A stretch of DNA of 64,000 nucleotides from Chiloscyllium plagiosum (Eukaryota). Shown here piece by piece: positions 13,801 to 25,695 of this stretch. Under the pieces are notes generated by a model that had not been told where the DNA came from, did no database searches, and saw only the letters and a list, made by a program, of their open reading frames with translations. Numbering within the stretch: the stretch's first letter is position 1; the number at the start of each line of letters is the position of its first letter. The DNA lies in assembly GCF_004010195.1 (NCBI RefSeq), contig NC_057718.1:71293715-71357714 (forward strand). The letters run 5' to 3'. A program made the translations under genes and the position numbers.

Positions 13801-14732
13801 TCATATCCAATTCCTAATTGGAGGACTTTATTGAGAAAATCAGACAAGTCAGTTACACCATCAAGTTGGATGTAATGCGTGGTTATTGGCATGTACCTTT
13901 ATCAAAGACGGCAAAAGAAATTTCTGTGTTTACAATCCCAAATGGGCTATATCAGTTTTAAAGTGATGCCCTTTAGAATGAAAAATGCACCCACCATTTT
14001 CCAAAGACTCATGAACAGCATTGTGACTGGGTTAACAAACTATGCAGTCTATTTAGATGATGTAGTGATCTTTAGTAAGTCCTGGAAAGATCACATGGTA
14101 CAGTTGGCAGAGCTCTTTGAATGACTATGAGAAGCAAAACTGGTAATAAACTTAAATAAAATGAAATTTGGGAAAGCAGAGGTGACGTTCTTGGGACATA
14201 ACATCGGTAATGGAAGGTTGACCCCATGGAATGCAAAGACTTCCTCCGTCGAGGAAGTTCTATGACCAACCTTGAAGAAAGAGGTGCTTCAATTCTTTGG
14301 ACTCTGTGGATTCTATCAGGAGTCTGTTCCAAACTTCAGTAGTGGAGTAACACCATGAACCATGAGTTTGGTACTGTCACGAACAATGTGTCGGAGACGG
14401 CTGTTTTCATGGATCACAATCCGTTTACATGCTTAGACAACTTTAAAGACAAGATTATGAAACTATTTGGTTGGAGTCCTATGTTACAGACTTTTAATTT
14501 AAAAATCATACATGTTGCAGGTCTTAAGAGTGTAATCGCAGTTGCATTATCACAGATTTAACTGATAGAGTTTAGATGAGATTTGTATTTACTTCATGTT
14601 ATGTAGATATACAGGTATATGAGAAGAAGGTAAGGTTAACTTATATTAAAGTTATCTGTATGTTAGGTAATGTGTTTCAAAAATATTTTAAAAAATGAAG
14701 CCATCTTTTCATTTTTTCTTAAGGGGCGGAGC

Positions 14733-15432
14733 TGTTATGAAGATGTGGGTGTACTGTACCTTTAAGAGAGTTGAAAGCTAGCAGTGACAGCACCAACTGT
14801 TCTCAATAAGATACAATGTAAACATGTGATCCAGCTACCGTGGTAGCTGGGGTAGCTAGTTGCCTGGACACAAAAATACGGATTTCAATTAGGTCAACCA
14901 ATTTAAATAATACCGGAAAAATACCAAACTCCAATCCAGTTTCAATTTAGTATATTGACAATCTTAAAAGCAATGTTTTGGGGGTATAAGACCGGGAAAA
15001 ATTGAACAGTTGGAGGGAGAACTGCCAAGCCAATGACATCTGCACACTGCCCAGAAAAATAGCTCTCTTAAAGGCATCTTTATCAATCAGTAACCTGTGA
15101 AGCAGAATTCCCAAGAAGAAGGAAAGAAGACAGGAATGCAGAGAAAACTGAAAGCTGCCTGGTTTTTAGATAAGAAGTTTAGTTTTTTAAAAACTTAATC
15201 AGGGGTTTTATTGGATGAGTATTGTAGAAGGGTAAGGTCAAAGATAGATTAGAGGAAGGACTTGTAAATAATTGTTAGTTAATTATTCTCCGTTATACTT
15301 TAAGAAATAAAGTTGTTAATTTTTACTTTAAATAGTGCTTGGCCTCAATTTTTCCCAGGTTACGGCACAGGATAATTTTTTTCTGAATTGCTGTTTGAAA
15401 TTAAGCAGGATGGTTTACCCAGTATTGTAACA
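14733..15432 (+). repeat. Gypsy 3' LTR
   Basis: TGTTATG...TGTAACA termini; preceded by polypurine tract AAGGGGCGGAG (14721-14731). Confidence 0.92.
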
Positions 15433-16349
15433 CACTCCTCAGCCCATTGGCCCATCAGATCAAGGTCCCGTTGTAATCTGAAATAACCTTCTTCACAGTC
15501 CAGTATACTTACAATTTTGATGTCATCTACAAACTTACTAACTATTCCTCCTATGTTCACATCCAAATCATTTTTTTTAAATGATGAAAAGCAGTCCTTG
15601 TGGAATACCACTGATCACAGGGCTGCAGTCTGAAAAGCAACTCTCCACCACTACTGTCTATGTTTGAGCCAGTTCTGTATCCAAATGGCTAGTTCTCCCT
15701 GTATTCCATGAGATCTAACCTTGCTAACCAGTCTGCCATGAGAGACTTTGTTGAACGCCTTACTGAAGTCCATATAGATCACATCTAACGATCTACCCTC
15801 AGCAATCCTCTTTCTTACTTCTTCTAAAAATTCAATCAAGTTCATGAGACATGACTTCCCATGCACAAAGTCATGCTGACTATCCCTAATCAGTCCTTGC
15901 CTCTCCAAATACATATGCATCCTGTCCTTCAGGATTCCCTCCAACAACTTGCCCACCACTGATGTCAGGCTCACTGCTCCATAGTACCCTGGCTTTTTCT
16001 TACCATCTTTCTGAAATAGTGGCACCATGTTAGCCAACCTCCAGTCTTCTGGCACCTCACCTGTGACTATCGATGATACAAATATCTCAGCAAGGAGTCC
16101 AGTAATCACAGAGTTCTAAGGCACACCTGATAAGGTCCTGGAGATTTATCCACTTTTATGCATTTCAAGACATCCAGCACCTCCTCCTCTACAATATGAA
16201 CGTTTCTCAAGATGTCACCATCTAGTTCCCCAAATTCTCTATCTTCCATGTCCTTCTCCACAGGAAACACTGATGCAAAATACTCTTTTAGTATCTCCCC
16301 CCCACCTCCTGTGGCTCCACACATAGATTAGATTATATTACTTATAGTG

Positions 16350-16940
16350 TTCAAAGTTTGAGAGACGATTTGTAGCTCAGGTGCTCGTTGTTGTGGTTCT
16401 GTTCGCCGAGCTGGAAATTTGTGTTGCAGACGTTTTGTCCCCTATCTAGGTGACATCCTCAGTGCTTGGGAGCCTCCAGTGAAGCGCTTCTGTGATGTTT
16501 CCTCCGGCATTTATAGTGGTTTGAATCTGCCGCTTTCGGTTGTCAGTTCCAGCTGTCCGTTGCAGTGGTCGGTATATTGGGTCCAGGTCGATGTGCTTAT
16601 TGATTGAATCTGTGGATGAGTGCCATGCCTCTAGGAATTCCCTGGCTGTTCTCTGTTTGGCTTGTCCTATAATTTCTGAACATTTCTGAACTGACAGCCA
16701 GACTACTGCGACCACTAGGACTCATAACAGCACACAAACCAACAGCCACTCTCAGACAACAACTCACAAGGACGAAGGACCCAATACCCAGCATGAGCAA
16801 AACCAATGTAGTGTACAAAATCCCATGCAAGGACTGCACAAAACACTACATAGGACAAACAGGAAGACAGCTAACGATCCACATCCATGAACACCAACTA
16901 GCCACGAAACGACACGACCAGCTATCCCTAGTAGCCACAT
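16350..16940. mobile_element. Penelope-like element fragment with inverted halves
   Basis: Plus strand VVYKIPCKDCTKHYIGQTGR..IHEH (GIY-YIG endonuclease, 16793-16930); minus strand REFLEAWHS..INKHIDLDPIY C-terminus with a degenerate hammerhead motif near 16430-16462. Confidence 0.85.
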
Positions 16941-16944
16941 TTTT

Positions 16945-17370
16945 TCATCTCTCTCTCTCTCTCTCTTCCTGTGAGATGTCCTCCTGCAGCTGCTGTATGT
17001 GCATGGCATCTTCCTCTAGTTCAATTGTTGCTATTGGAACCTCATCAACGGTTTCCTGCTCTAAGGCTCGCTAGGCTGCTCGGTCTGCGGCCTGGTTCCC
17101 TTTAAATTTCAGCCAGCCTGGATTATCTTTCCCTGGCTCTTTTTGGTGAACTTTGATTTTTATTACTGCAGCCTCTTTTGGCTGTTCGCTGGTGCTCAGC
17201 AGTACTTAGATTCTTAACTGGTGTTTGGTGGGGGATACCCCAGCAGTGGTGAACCCTCTTCTCCTCCATGCAACCATGTAGTCATGTACAACTCCGGGGC
17301 ATCTTGGCTGTCTGTATAAATGTGCACAATTCTCCCCTTTGACATCTCAAATGCTTTGGATAGTCTTACT
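16945..17370 (-). mobile_element. Orphan retroviral pol fragment (RNase H, epsilon/gamma-like), pseudogenic
   Basis: Manual minus-strand translation with one frameshift and two stops: KGRIVHIYTDS / GVVHDYMVAWRRRGFTTAG..PKEAAVIKIKVH..GNQAADRAA. Confidence 0.82.
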
Positions 17371-17371
17371 A

Positions 17372-17690
17372 TTAGATTAGATCCTTTTCAGTGTGGAAAC
17401 AGGCCCTTCGGCCGAACAAGTCCACACCGACCCTCCGAAGAGCAACCCACCCAGACCCATCTCCCTATATTTACCCCTTCACCTAACACTACAGGCAATT
17501 TAGCATGGCCAATTCACTTAACCTACACATTTTAGGACTGTGGGAGGAAACCGGAGCACCCAGGGGAAACCCACGCAGACACAGGGAGAACGTGCCAACT
17601 CCACGCAGATAGTTGTCTGAGGCAGGAATTGAACCCGGGTCTCTGGCACTGTGAGGCAACAGTGCTAACCACTGTGCCACCATACAGCCC
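17372..17690 (-). mobile_element. HE1/V-SINE
   Basis: Full reverse-complement SINE. Confidence 0.92.
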
Positions 17691-19191
17691 ATAGGCTGCC
17701 ATTCTGATCTTTGAGGGGCCCTGTTCTATCCCTCATTACCCTTTTGTCCTTAATGTATTTATAAAATTCCTTTGGATAAAGAAAACAGGAAAAAAAAGCA
17801 TAAAATCTCTTTGGATTCTCCTTAACCCTATTTGCCAAAGCTATCTCATGTCCGCTCTCCTGATTTCTCTTTTCTAAGGATTCCCTCGATCTTTGCGGTC
17901 TATACATGACATATGCTTCCTTCTTTTTCTTAATCAAAACCTCAATTTCTTTAGTCATCCATCATTCCCTATGCCTACCAGCCTTTCCTTTCACCATAAC
18001 AGGAATATGCATTCTCTGGGCTCTCGTTACCTCATTTCTGAAGGCTTCCCATTTTCTAGCCGTCCCTTTACCTGCAAAATTCTGCGTCCAATCAACTTTT
18101 GAAAGTTCTTGCCTAATACCATCAAAATTAGCTTTCCTACAGTTTAGAGCTTCAACTTTTAGATCCAGTCTACCCTTTTCCATCACTATTTTAAAATTAA
18201 AAAATTATGGTCACTGGCCCCAAAGTGCTCCCCCACTGACACCTCAATCACCTCCCTGCCTTATTTCCCAAGAGTAGGTCAGGTTTTGCATCTTCTCTTG
18301 TAGGTACACTCAAATACTGAATCAGAAAATTTTCTTATTAACAAATTTATCTCCATCGAAAACCTAAACACTATGGCAGTCCCAGTCTACGTTTGGAAAG
18401 TTAAAATCCCCTACTATAACCACCCTATTATTCTTACAGATATCCAAGTTTGTTACTCAGTTTCCCGCTGACTACTGGGGAGTCTAAAATACAATCCCAA
18501 TAAGATGATCATCCCTTTCCTATTTCTCAGTTCCACCCAAATAACTTCCATGGATGTATTCCCAGGAATATCCTCCCTAAGTACAGCAGTAGTGCTATCC
18601 CTTTTCAAAAACGCCACTCCTCCTCTTCTCTTGGCCCCCTTTCTGTCCTTCCTATAGAATTTGTATCCTGAAACAGTAAGCTGCCAGTCCTGTCCATCCC
18701 TGAGCCACATTTCTGTAATTGCTGTGATATCCCAGTCCCATGTTCCTAACCATGTCCTGAGTTCATCTCTTCCTCTGTTCAGCCTCTTGCATTGAAGTAA
18801 GTGCAGATTATTTGATCAGTCCTACCTTGTTGTCTGCTTTTGTGCTGTTAATTCATCTATTTTGTTGCATATGCCTTTGCACTTGTCTTTTTAGCCTTAT
18901 TTTAGCATTGTTTGCACCATGCCTATGTTCCTTCCCCCGTTTGTTCTGCTTTTCACTTTTACTTCTTACTTTCTTTCATTTCTATTCTGGTTTCCTTGTT
19001 CTCTGTCTCCCTGCTCATGTTCCCATCCCCTGCCATTCTAATTCAAATCTTCTCCAACAGCACCAGCAAACAGATCCCCAGTGACATTGGTCCCCATTCT
19101 TCCCAGGTGCAACCTGTTCTGTTTGTACTTGTTCAATTTTTCCCAATTTTCGAAAAATCTAAATTGCTCCTTCCTCCCATATCATTTTTTT

Positions 19192-19497
19192 TAGATTAGA
19201 TTAGATTACATTACAGCGTGGAAACAGGCCCTTCGGCCAAGTCCACACCGACCCGCCGAAGCGCAACCCACCCTTGCCCCTACATTTACCCCTTACCTAA
19301 CACTACGGGCAATTTAGCATGGCCAATTCACCTGACCTGCACATCTTTGGACTGTGGGAGGGAACCGGAACACCCGGAGGAAACCCACGCAGACACGGGG
19401 AGAACGTGCAAACTGCACACAGTCAGTCGCCTGAGGCGGGAATTGAACCCGGGTCTCTGGCGCTGTGAGGCAGCAGTGCTAACCACCGTGTCGCCCA
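19192..19497 (-). mobile_element. HE1/V-SINE
   Basis: Full reverse-complement SINE with GATTA tail. Confidence 0.92.
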
Positions 19498-19559
19498 CAA
19501 TTTCTTCTAACATATTCTGTTAATTGGATGCTCAGAAGCAGGTGATTCTGGTGTAATGC

Positions 19560-20200
19560 TGAGATTACTATCTTTGAGATCCGAGGTTTTTATTTATATC
19601 TAAACTCCCTGTACTCAGTTTTATGTTTGTCATTGGTACTGTACCACAATACAGGGTGGCTGTTCACCCTCCACCTTCAAAAGTGCTCTACAGCCTTTCT
19701 GTGTCATCTCTGACCTTGACATGAGGGAAGCAACACACTATCCTTAAGTCTCTTCTCTGTAGAGAAGACACTTGTGTATTCCCCTTATAAATGAATCCCT
19801 TATCACTCTTATTCCTCTCTTGCTGCCATGAACCTGGCTCCTACTGCAATTCCCTGAGAAGTCATCTCCTCCATCAGTATTCAGACTGGTATATCTGTTA
19901 GAGATGGGGGTGGCCACAGTGATCTTCTGCCTTCCTCTACTCTGCCCTGTGGTCATCAATACCCATTTTGCCTGTTCAATCTTTTCCTGTGGTGTGACCA
20001 TGTTACTGAACATTCTATCTATGATAATCTCAGCATATGGATAGCTAACATTGAGATCACTTGCAGCTCCACCTACACAATCTGGTTGTCCAGCAGCTGC
20101 AGCTGAATACGCTTCCTGCACGCAGGGTCATCACAGACATTGAAAATGTCTATAATTTCCCAGATTGTGCAGGAAGGGCATATCATGGTGTGACATTGGC
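19560..20200 (-). mobile_element. Old CR1 ORF1 (esterase-type) remnant
   Basis: Minus-strand PISNRYTSL..VIRDSFIRGI resembles CR1 ORF1 (V.GDS..RG). Confidence 0.6.
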
Positions 20201-21074
20201 TGCTATGTAGTCCCTTTAAATTAAGCTCCTTAGTTACTCACTTTAAAGAATACTAATTCCACCATGGTCCTCTTTCCACTCCAAGTGCTCCCACTGCAGT
20301 CCAAAGTCCCTCATTTATTTTGTTTATTCTAATGGACTACGGCAGTTTAATTGTAGACTACTTGGAGTCCATTCAGAAATTACATTTGACTCTTGGTGGG
20401 CATTTTAACAGCAGATAATTGAATTTGACTGTCAATAGTGGGTAGAGACCTTATTTTAGGAATATGATATTTTCACTACACATGTCAACTGAACTTGTTG
20501 GATCTGGATAGCTGTGCAAACTTTTCAGCTATAGAACGTTAATTAGGCCATATTTGGAATATTGTGAAAAAGATCTGATCAGCATACTACAAGGATGTGG
20601 AGGTTTTGGAGTAGCTTCAGCAACAGTTACCTAGTTTGTAAGTATTAGCCATAAGGAGAGATCGGATACACATGGTTTGTTTCCACTTGAACTTCGAAGG
20701 ATATGGGGCAACCTGATAGAAGTTTAGAAAGATATGAGAGGCATGGATAGAATGGACAGTTGGAATCTTTTTCCCAGAGAGCAAGTTTAAAGGACATGTG
20801 AGAGGCATTTTTTTTACATGGAGGGGTAAGTGCATGGAATGTGCTGCCAGAGGAAATGATAGCGGCGCAAAGAACTGCAACTTTTAAGATGCATGTTGAC
20901 ATATGATTAGGCAGGAAATGGAGGGATATGGACTGCACAGAGGCGAGAGGTTTTTAGCTTAAAAAGGTTGTTGTGTCACCATTGTCTTACCAGATTATAT
21001 GGGCTGCTCTCTCATTAGAGATAAGCAACTGGTGGTGATTTCACCTGAGGGCCACCAGATCTCTTTTTTCAATT

Positions 21075-21387
21075 TAGATTACTTACAGTGTGGAAACAGG
21101 CCCTTCGGCCCAACAAGTCCACACCGACCCACTGAAGCACAACCCACCCAGACCCACTCCCCTATATTTACTCCTTCACCTAACACTACAGACAATTTAT
21201 AGCGTGGCCAATTCACCTAACCTGCACATTTTTTTTTGGATTGTGGGAGGAAACCAGAGCACCCAGAGGAAACCCACACAGACACGGGGAGAATGTGCAA
21301 ACTCCACACAGAGAATTGCCTGAGGTGGGAATTGAACCCAGGTCTCTGGCACTGTGAGGCAGCAGTGCTAACCACTGTGCCACCGTC
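21075..21387 (-). mobile_element. HE1/V-SINE inserted in an older SINE-like repeat
   Basis: Reverse-complement SINE; flanks ~20980-21060 and ~21390-21515 resemble the reverse complement of ~490-840. Confidence 0.85.
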
Positions 21388-21959
21388 CCTCTCAGGTGAG
21401 AGAAGAGGTTAAGAAGGAGAGTACTTCATGTTAACCTCAAACCAGTGCTGGGAATTGGACCCATGCTGTTGGCATCACACTGCTCTGCAAAGCAACAATC
21501 CAGCCAACTGAGCTAAAATGTTAAAAAGGTATCATGGGTCAACACAGTCTTGGTCAGCCAAAGGACCTGTTCCTTTGCTGTACTGTTCTTTGTGGAGGCA
21601 ATAAATGCATGAATGATGATTGCAGCAACTGGTGAACTGAAACATTGGCAAGTCAAGCAAAATTATAGATGTGCAAGTGTACAATTTTATTGATGATGTA
21701 AACATCAGGTCAGAAGTCACAGGATTGACTGTGACATACAAAGTTGCAAAGAGCTTAGACTGTTAGAAGAGGTATGGAGTCAATATGGCATAGTTGGCAA
21801 TGGACCAAATGCCAGTAAATGGGATTAGTGTAGTTTGATGTTTGTTGGTCAGTATCGGCATGGTGGGCCAAAGGCCTGTTTCTTTGCTATATGACTTTAT
21901 GACTCTCTAATAGTTGGTGAATGCAGTGAGAACTGAAGACTATGGCTCACTCTTCCAAT

Positions 21960-22735
21960 TGTAGAGTCAGAGTTGTACAGCATGGAAATAGATCCTTTGG
22001 TCCAAATTGTCCATGCTGACCAGAAAACCAAAATTAACCTAGTCCCAAATGTCAGCTTTTCGATCATATCCCTCTAAACTCTGATTCATATACCCATCCA
22101 GACACTTCTTAACCAGCCTCCACCAATTCCTCTGGCAGCTCATTCTGTATACGCACCACCCTCTGTGTCAAAATGTTGCTCCTTACATCCCTTTTAAATT
22201 TTTTCCCTATCACCTTAACCTATGCCCTTTTGTTTTAGACTCCCCTATCCTGGGGAAAAGAGAAGTTATTCACCCTCTCCATTGCCCCTGATGATATTAT
22301 AAACTTCTATAATTCACCCCTCAGCCTATGACTTTCCAGGGAAAATAGCCCCAGCCTATTCAGCCTCTCCCTACAGCTCAAACACTCCAACATGGCAACA
22401 TCTTTGTAAATGTTTTCTGAACCTTTTCAAGTTCACAACATCCTTCCAATAGCAGGAGGCCAAAATTGAATGCAGTATTCCAAAAGTGGCCTAACCAATG
22501 TCCTGTACAGCCACTACATAACCTCCCACCTCCTAAACTTAATGCACTAATCAATAAAGGCAAACATACCAAATGCCTTCTTCACTATCCTATCTACCTG
22601 CGACTCCATTTTCAAGGAACTATGAACCTGCATTCCAAGGTCTCTTTGTTCAGCAACACCCCTCAGGATTCTACCATTCAGTGCATCAGTCCTGCCCTGA
22701 TTTGCCCTAATAAAGTACAGCACCTCACATTTGTC
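21960..22735 (-). mobile_element. CR1/HER1 3' fragment
   Basis: Similar to 8720-9500; CR1 ORF2 C-terminal remnants. Confidence 0.8.
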
Positions 22736-23599
22736 TAGAATTTAGAATCCCTACAGTGTGAAAATGGGCCAATTGGCTCAACAAGTCCACGCTAACCCTC
22801 CAAAAAGTAACCCACTCAGACCCATTCCCTTACCCTATTATTCTACATTTACCCCTGACTAATGAACCTAATTTACACATCCCAAAACATTGTGGGAAAT
22901 TTAGCATGGCCAATTCACCCAATCTTTGGATTATGGGAAGAAACTGGTGCACTCAGAGACAGCTAGATGTAGCACTGGGGGTGAATGGGATCAAAGGTTA
23001 TGGAGAGAAAGCAGGATTAGGTCATGATCGTGAAGAATGACAGAGTAGGCTCAAAGGACTGAATGGCCTCCTCCTGCTCCTATCTTCTATGTTTCTATGT
23101 AACTGATTGCCATTGAATCAAGACCTATTGTTGCTTTATTTCAAATAATACAACAGTATGGACAAGCTTTGAGATGTTGGTTTTCATTGGACTTAATTTG
23201 GAGCATCAGTTAGGAAACCCCGCAGTAGCCAGGAGACAGGGACACATAATCAGTAATCTTTCAAATCTAGCGCAGTGTGGAAAGGTCTAATCTTTACAGA
23301 GCAGTTAGCTTGGACAGCAGTCAGAAGGCGAGGACACCGTAATCAGTAACCAAACTGCTGCACGAAAACCAAGAGAATCTCCAGTGCAGCTTCTGCTGAC
23401 ATCATAATTTCAAACAGTGAGTACTGGATTGGTGAGAACTGGGCACCTGACAATTATTGGTTAACCCTTTCTTAGTCAACCATAATTAGCATAGTGAGAA
23501 CTTCAGCAAAATAACTAACAATTCTGGTCAATTCTGAATTACAAACTTAAGATATGTCATTGCATCGCAGTAATGCTCTCCTACAATCTTTTCTGTCAT

Positions 23600-23901
23600 T
23601 CAAAAGGTACAGATGCTTGAACACACGCACCAGCAGGTTCAATAACAATTTCTTCCCTGCCGTTAGTAGACTGATGAGTGGACTCTCTAACTTCAAGTAA
23701 TGCTGATCTCGCTAACGTTGATCTTTCATGGCACATGCCCTGTGCGATTTAACTTGTATGCCTCTGTCTAGTATTTTCACCCTATGATCTCTTTGTTCTT
23801 GTTTACTGTGATCTGCCTGTACTGCTTGTAATCAAAGCTTTTCACTATACTTATTTACACATAACAATAAATCAATCAAATCAAATTAAATCAAATCAAA
23901 T
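23600..23901 (+). mobile_element. Rex1/Babar-like LINE 3' end with (TCAAA)n tail
   Basis: Encodes RTSRFNNNFFPAVSRL, followed by AATAAA and TCAAA repeats. Confidence 0.6.
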
Positions 23902-23952
23902 CGTCAGGCAAGGACAGCCGAGCATAATATGTAGGTTGTCATATATGAGGAG

Positions 23953-24583
23953 TGTAAGAAATGGGGAAGTGTGTTGTTTTTGAAGAAATAGAAAAGCAAG
24001 AGAGTGTATGTGCAGAAAAGGGGGACAAGAAAAATCTCAGCTGGGCAAGCATTAGAGAAATGTATCTTTATCTTTAATGAATAATTGTGGAGAATTAAAT
24101 ACTAACTTTAGTGCAGAATTATTAAAGCAAATAATTCTTTTAAATAATAGTCTCAGCAAAATAGCTGAGATAGCTGAAACGCATAAACCAAGCATGAAAA
24201 GATACATTGTTAAAACGTATGTTCAAGAATGTAATGTACTTATGAACAATGGAAGATGTTACAAGCAAAGTAAAAGAACATCAAGATACAAGTTTAGCCT
24301 TATGTCAGCACTTACAGAGGGAAAGGTTGCCAACTTGGAGAAAAGGGGGCAATAAGGGTGGAGCGCAGCTGGGTAGTGGTAGAATACAATAAAAAGTTTG
24401 GATAATGTAAGAGTCGGGAGAGGTGACTTCACACAGCTCAAAAGTATAACTGTGTACTAGTTTGAATGTTCATTACTCATTTGCTTCTGCATTTGATGCC
24501 CTTTCTTGCAAGATCGTAGAATAAATTGTCTTGTTTCCAGTTTTGGTGGTCTCGTCTAAATTTTATTAAACTTGTTTCTAACA
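23953..24583 (+). repeat. ERV 5' LTR
   Basis: TGTAAGAAA...TTTCTAACA; AATAAA at 24520; about 15 substitutions against the 3' LTR counted by eye. Confidence 0.95.
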
Positions 24584-24587
24584 GATT

Positions 24588-24606
24588 TGGGGGCTCGTTC
24601 CAGGAT
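24588..24606 (+). promoter_or_regulatory. ERV primer-binding site, tRNA-Pro-like
   Basis: TGGGGGCTCGTTCCAGGAT versus the MLV-type TGGGGGCTCGTCCGGGAT (one insertion, one mismatch). Confidence 0.8.
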
Positions 24607-25421
24607 CCCAAGCTCCGGTCTCTCGGCATTCTTGGAGAAACGGAGAAGGTGCACCTCGCTGATTTCGGCGATCTCTAGTTTCCCCTTGTTGCCATGGCGG
24701 CTTTGGGCAAGCGTGATCCGGACTGAGAGACCCTGAAAACAAGATGGGCAGACGCGGCTGGTTCGGTCGGGTGACTCTTGTGTACACAAGACCCGGTTTA
24801 GAAAGGTCTTAAAAGTTTTATCCGGGCGACCGGGGTCGGCAGCGGTATTTGCTGCCAGTCGGATATATCCGGGGAACCGGGGTTCTGGGCGACCGGGGTA
24901 GGCGAATCTGGTCAACCAGGGTAGGCAAAGTAATTGCTGCCAGTTGGATATACTGCAGGACAGGGCGCGCTGACACGCAGCAGGAGGTTTGGCCGAGTAA
25001 GCGACCGGGATAGCAACGGTAGCGTTTGCCAGGTATTGCCGCGGGACGTGGCGCGCTGATTCGACCAGGTAACTCTTGTGCACAGACCAAGGTAAGAAAG
25101 TGGATCTTTAAGTATTGCCTTGGTGGTCGGGGACGTACGAGAAGTACAGGACGTACGAGAAGTACGGGGAATTGGCAACATATAAAATAAAATATTTAAT
25201 TGGCTAGATTAATCTGACGAGTAAGGTGTCTACCTGATTCAATCACCTAGCCTTAGACGGGTTGTTAAGAGGGGAAATCCCCCACGCGAATGTCAAGACC
25301 CTAAAGTGGGTGTGGAAGAAGATGACATCGGACCTCAGTAAGGTTAATTAAATTATGTAAAGAAACGGCCAAGAATTAGTTGTTTAAGTGTCAAAGGAGA
25401 CATGAGAGGGATGTCCAAGGA

Positions 25422-25695
25422 CCACGTTCAATTCCCGTCTCAGGTGACTGACTGACTGTGTGGAGTTTGCACATCCTCCCTGTGTCTGCGTGGGTTTCCT
25501 CCGGGTGCTCCGGTTTCTTCCCACAGTCCAAAGATGTGCAGGTCAGGTGAATTGACCATGTTAAATTGCCCGTAGAGTTAGGTGAAAGAGTAAATGTAAG
25601 GGAATGGGTCTGGTGGATTGCTCTTCGGCGGGTCGGTGTGGACTTGTTGGGCCGAAGGGCCTGTTTCCACACTGTAAGTAATCTATCTAATCTAA
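25422..25695 (+). mobile_element. 5'-truncated HE1/V-SINE inserted in the ERV near the gag start
   Basis: SINE body from the B-box onward with TAATC tail; gag-like IPTDSPLGKML resumes directly after it. Confidence 0.88.

Larger units (their letters stand above)
9508..15432 (+). mobile_element. Gypsy LTR retrotransposon, Gmr1-like (gag-PR-IN-RT-RH order), decayed
   Basis: Two ~700-bp LTRs; 4-bp TSD CACT (9504-9507, 15433-15436); PBS and PPT present; RDTGS protease ~11555; integrase EPFTRIIIDCVGP ~12540; RT VMPF.MKNAP..FQRLMN..YLDDVVIFS ~13960-14075; RH DHNP ~14410. Confidence 0.93.
8720..19150 (-). mobile_element. Long CR1/HER1 LINE, split by the Gypsy element (9508-15432) and a composite insert (16327-17690)
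   Basis: Pieces 8720-9507, 15437-16326 and 17690-19150 join colinearly. Minus-strand peptides: WVELRNRKG (EN), VPEDWRLANMVPLF..YMDFSKAFNKVSH (RT), SKFVDDIK. Confidence 0.85.

Noticed and set aside
24556..25181. Minus-strand ORFs (175, 90, 89 aa) in the ERV leader
   Set aside because: Stop-codon scarcity is expected in GC-rich DNA; no protein motifs seen.
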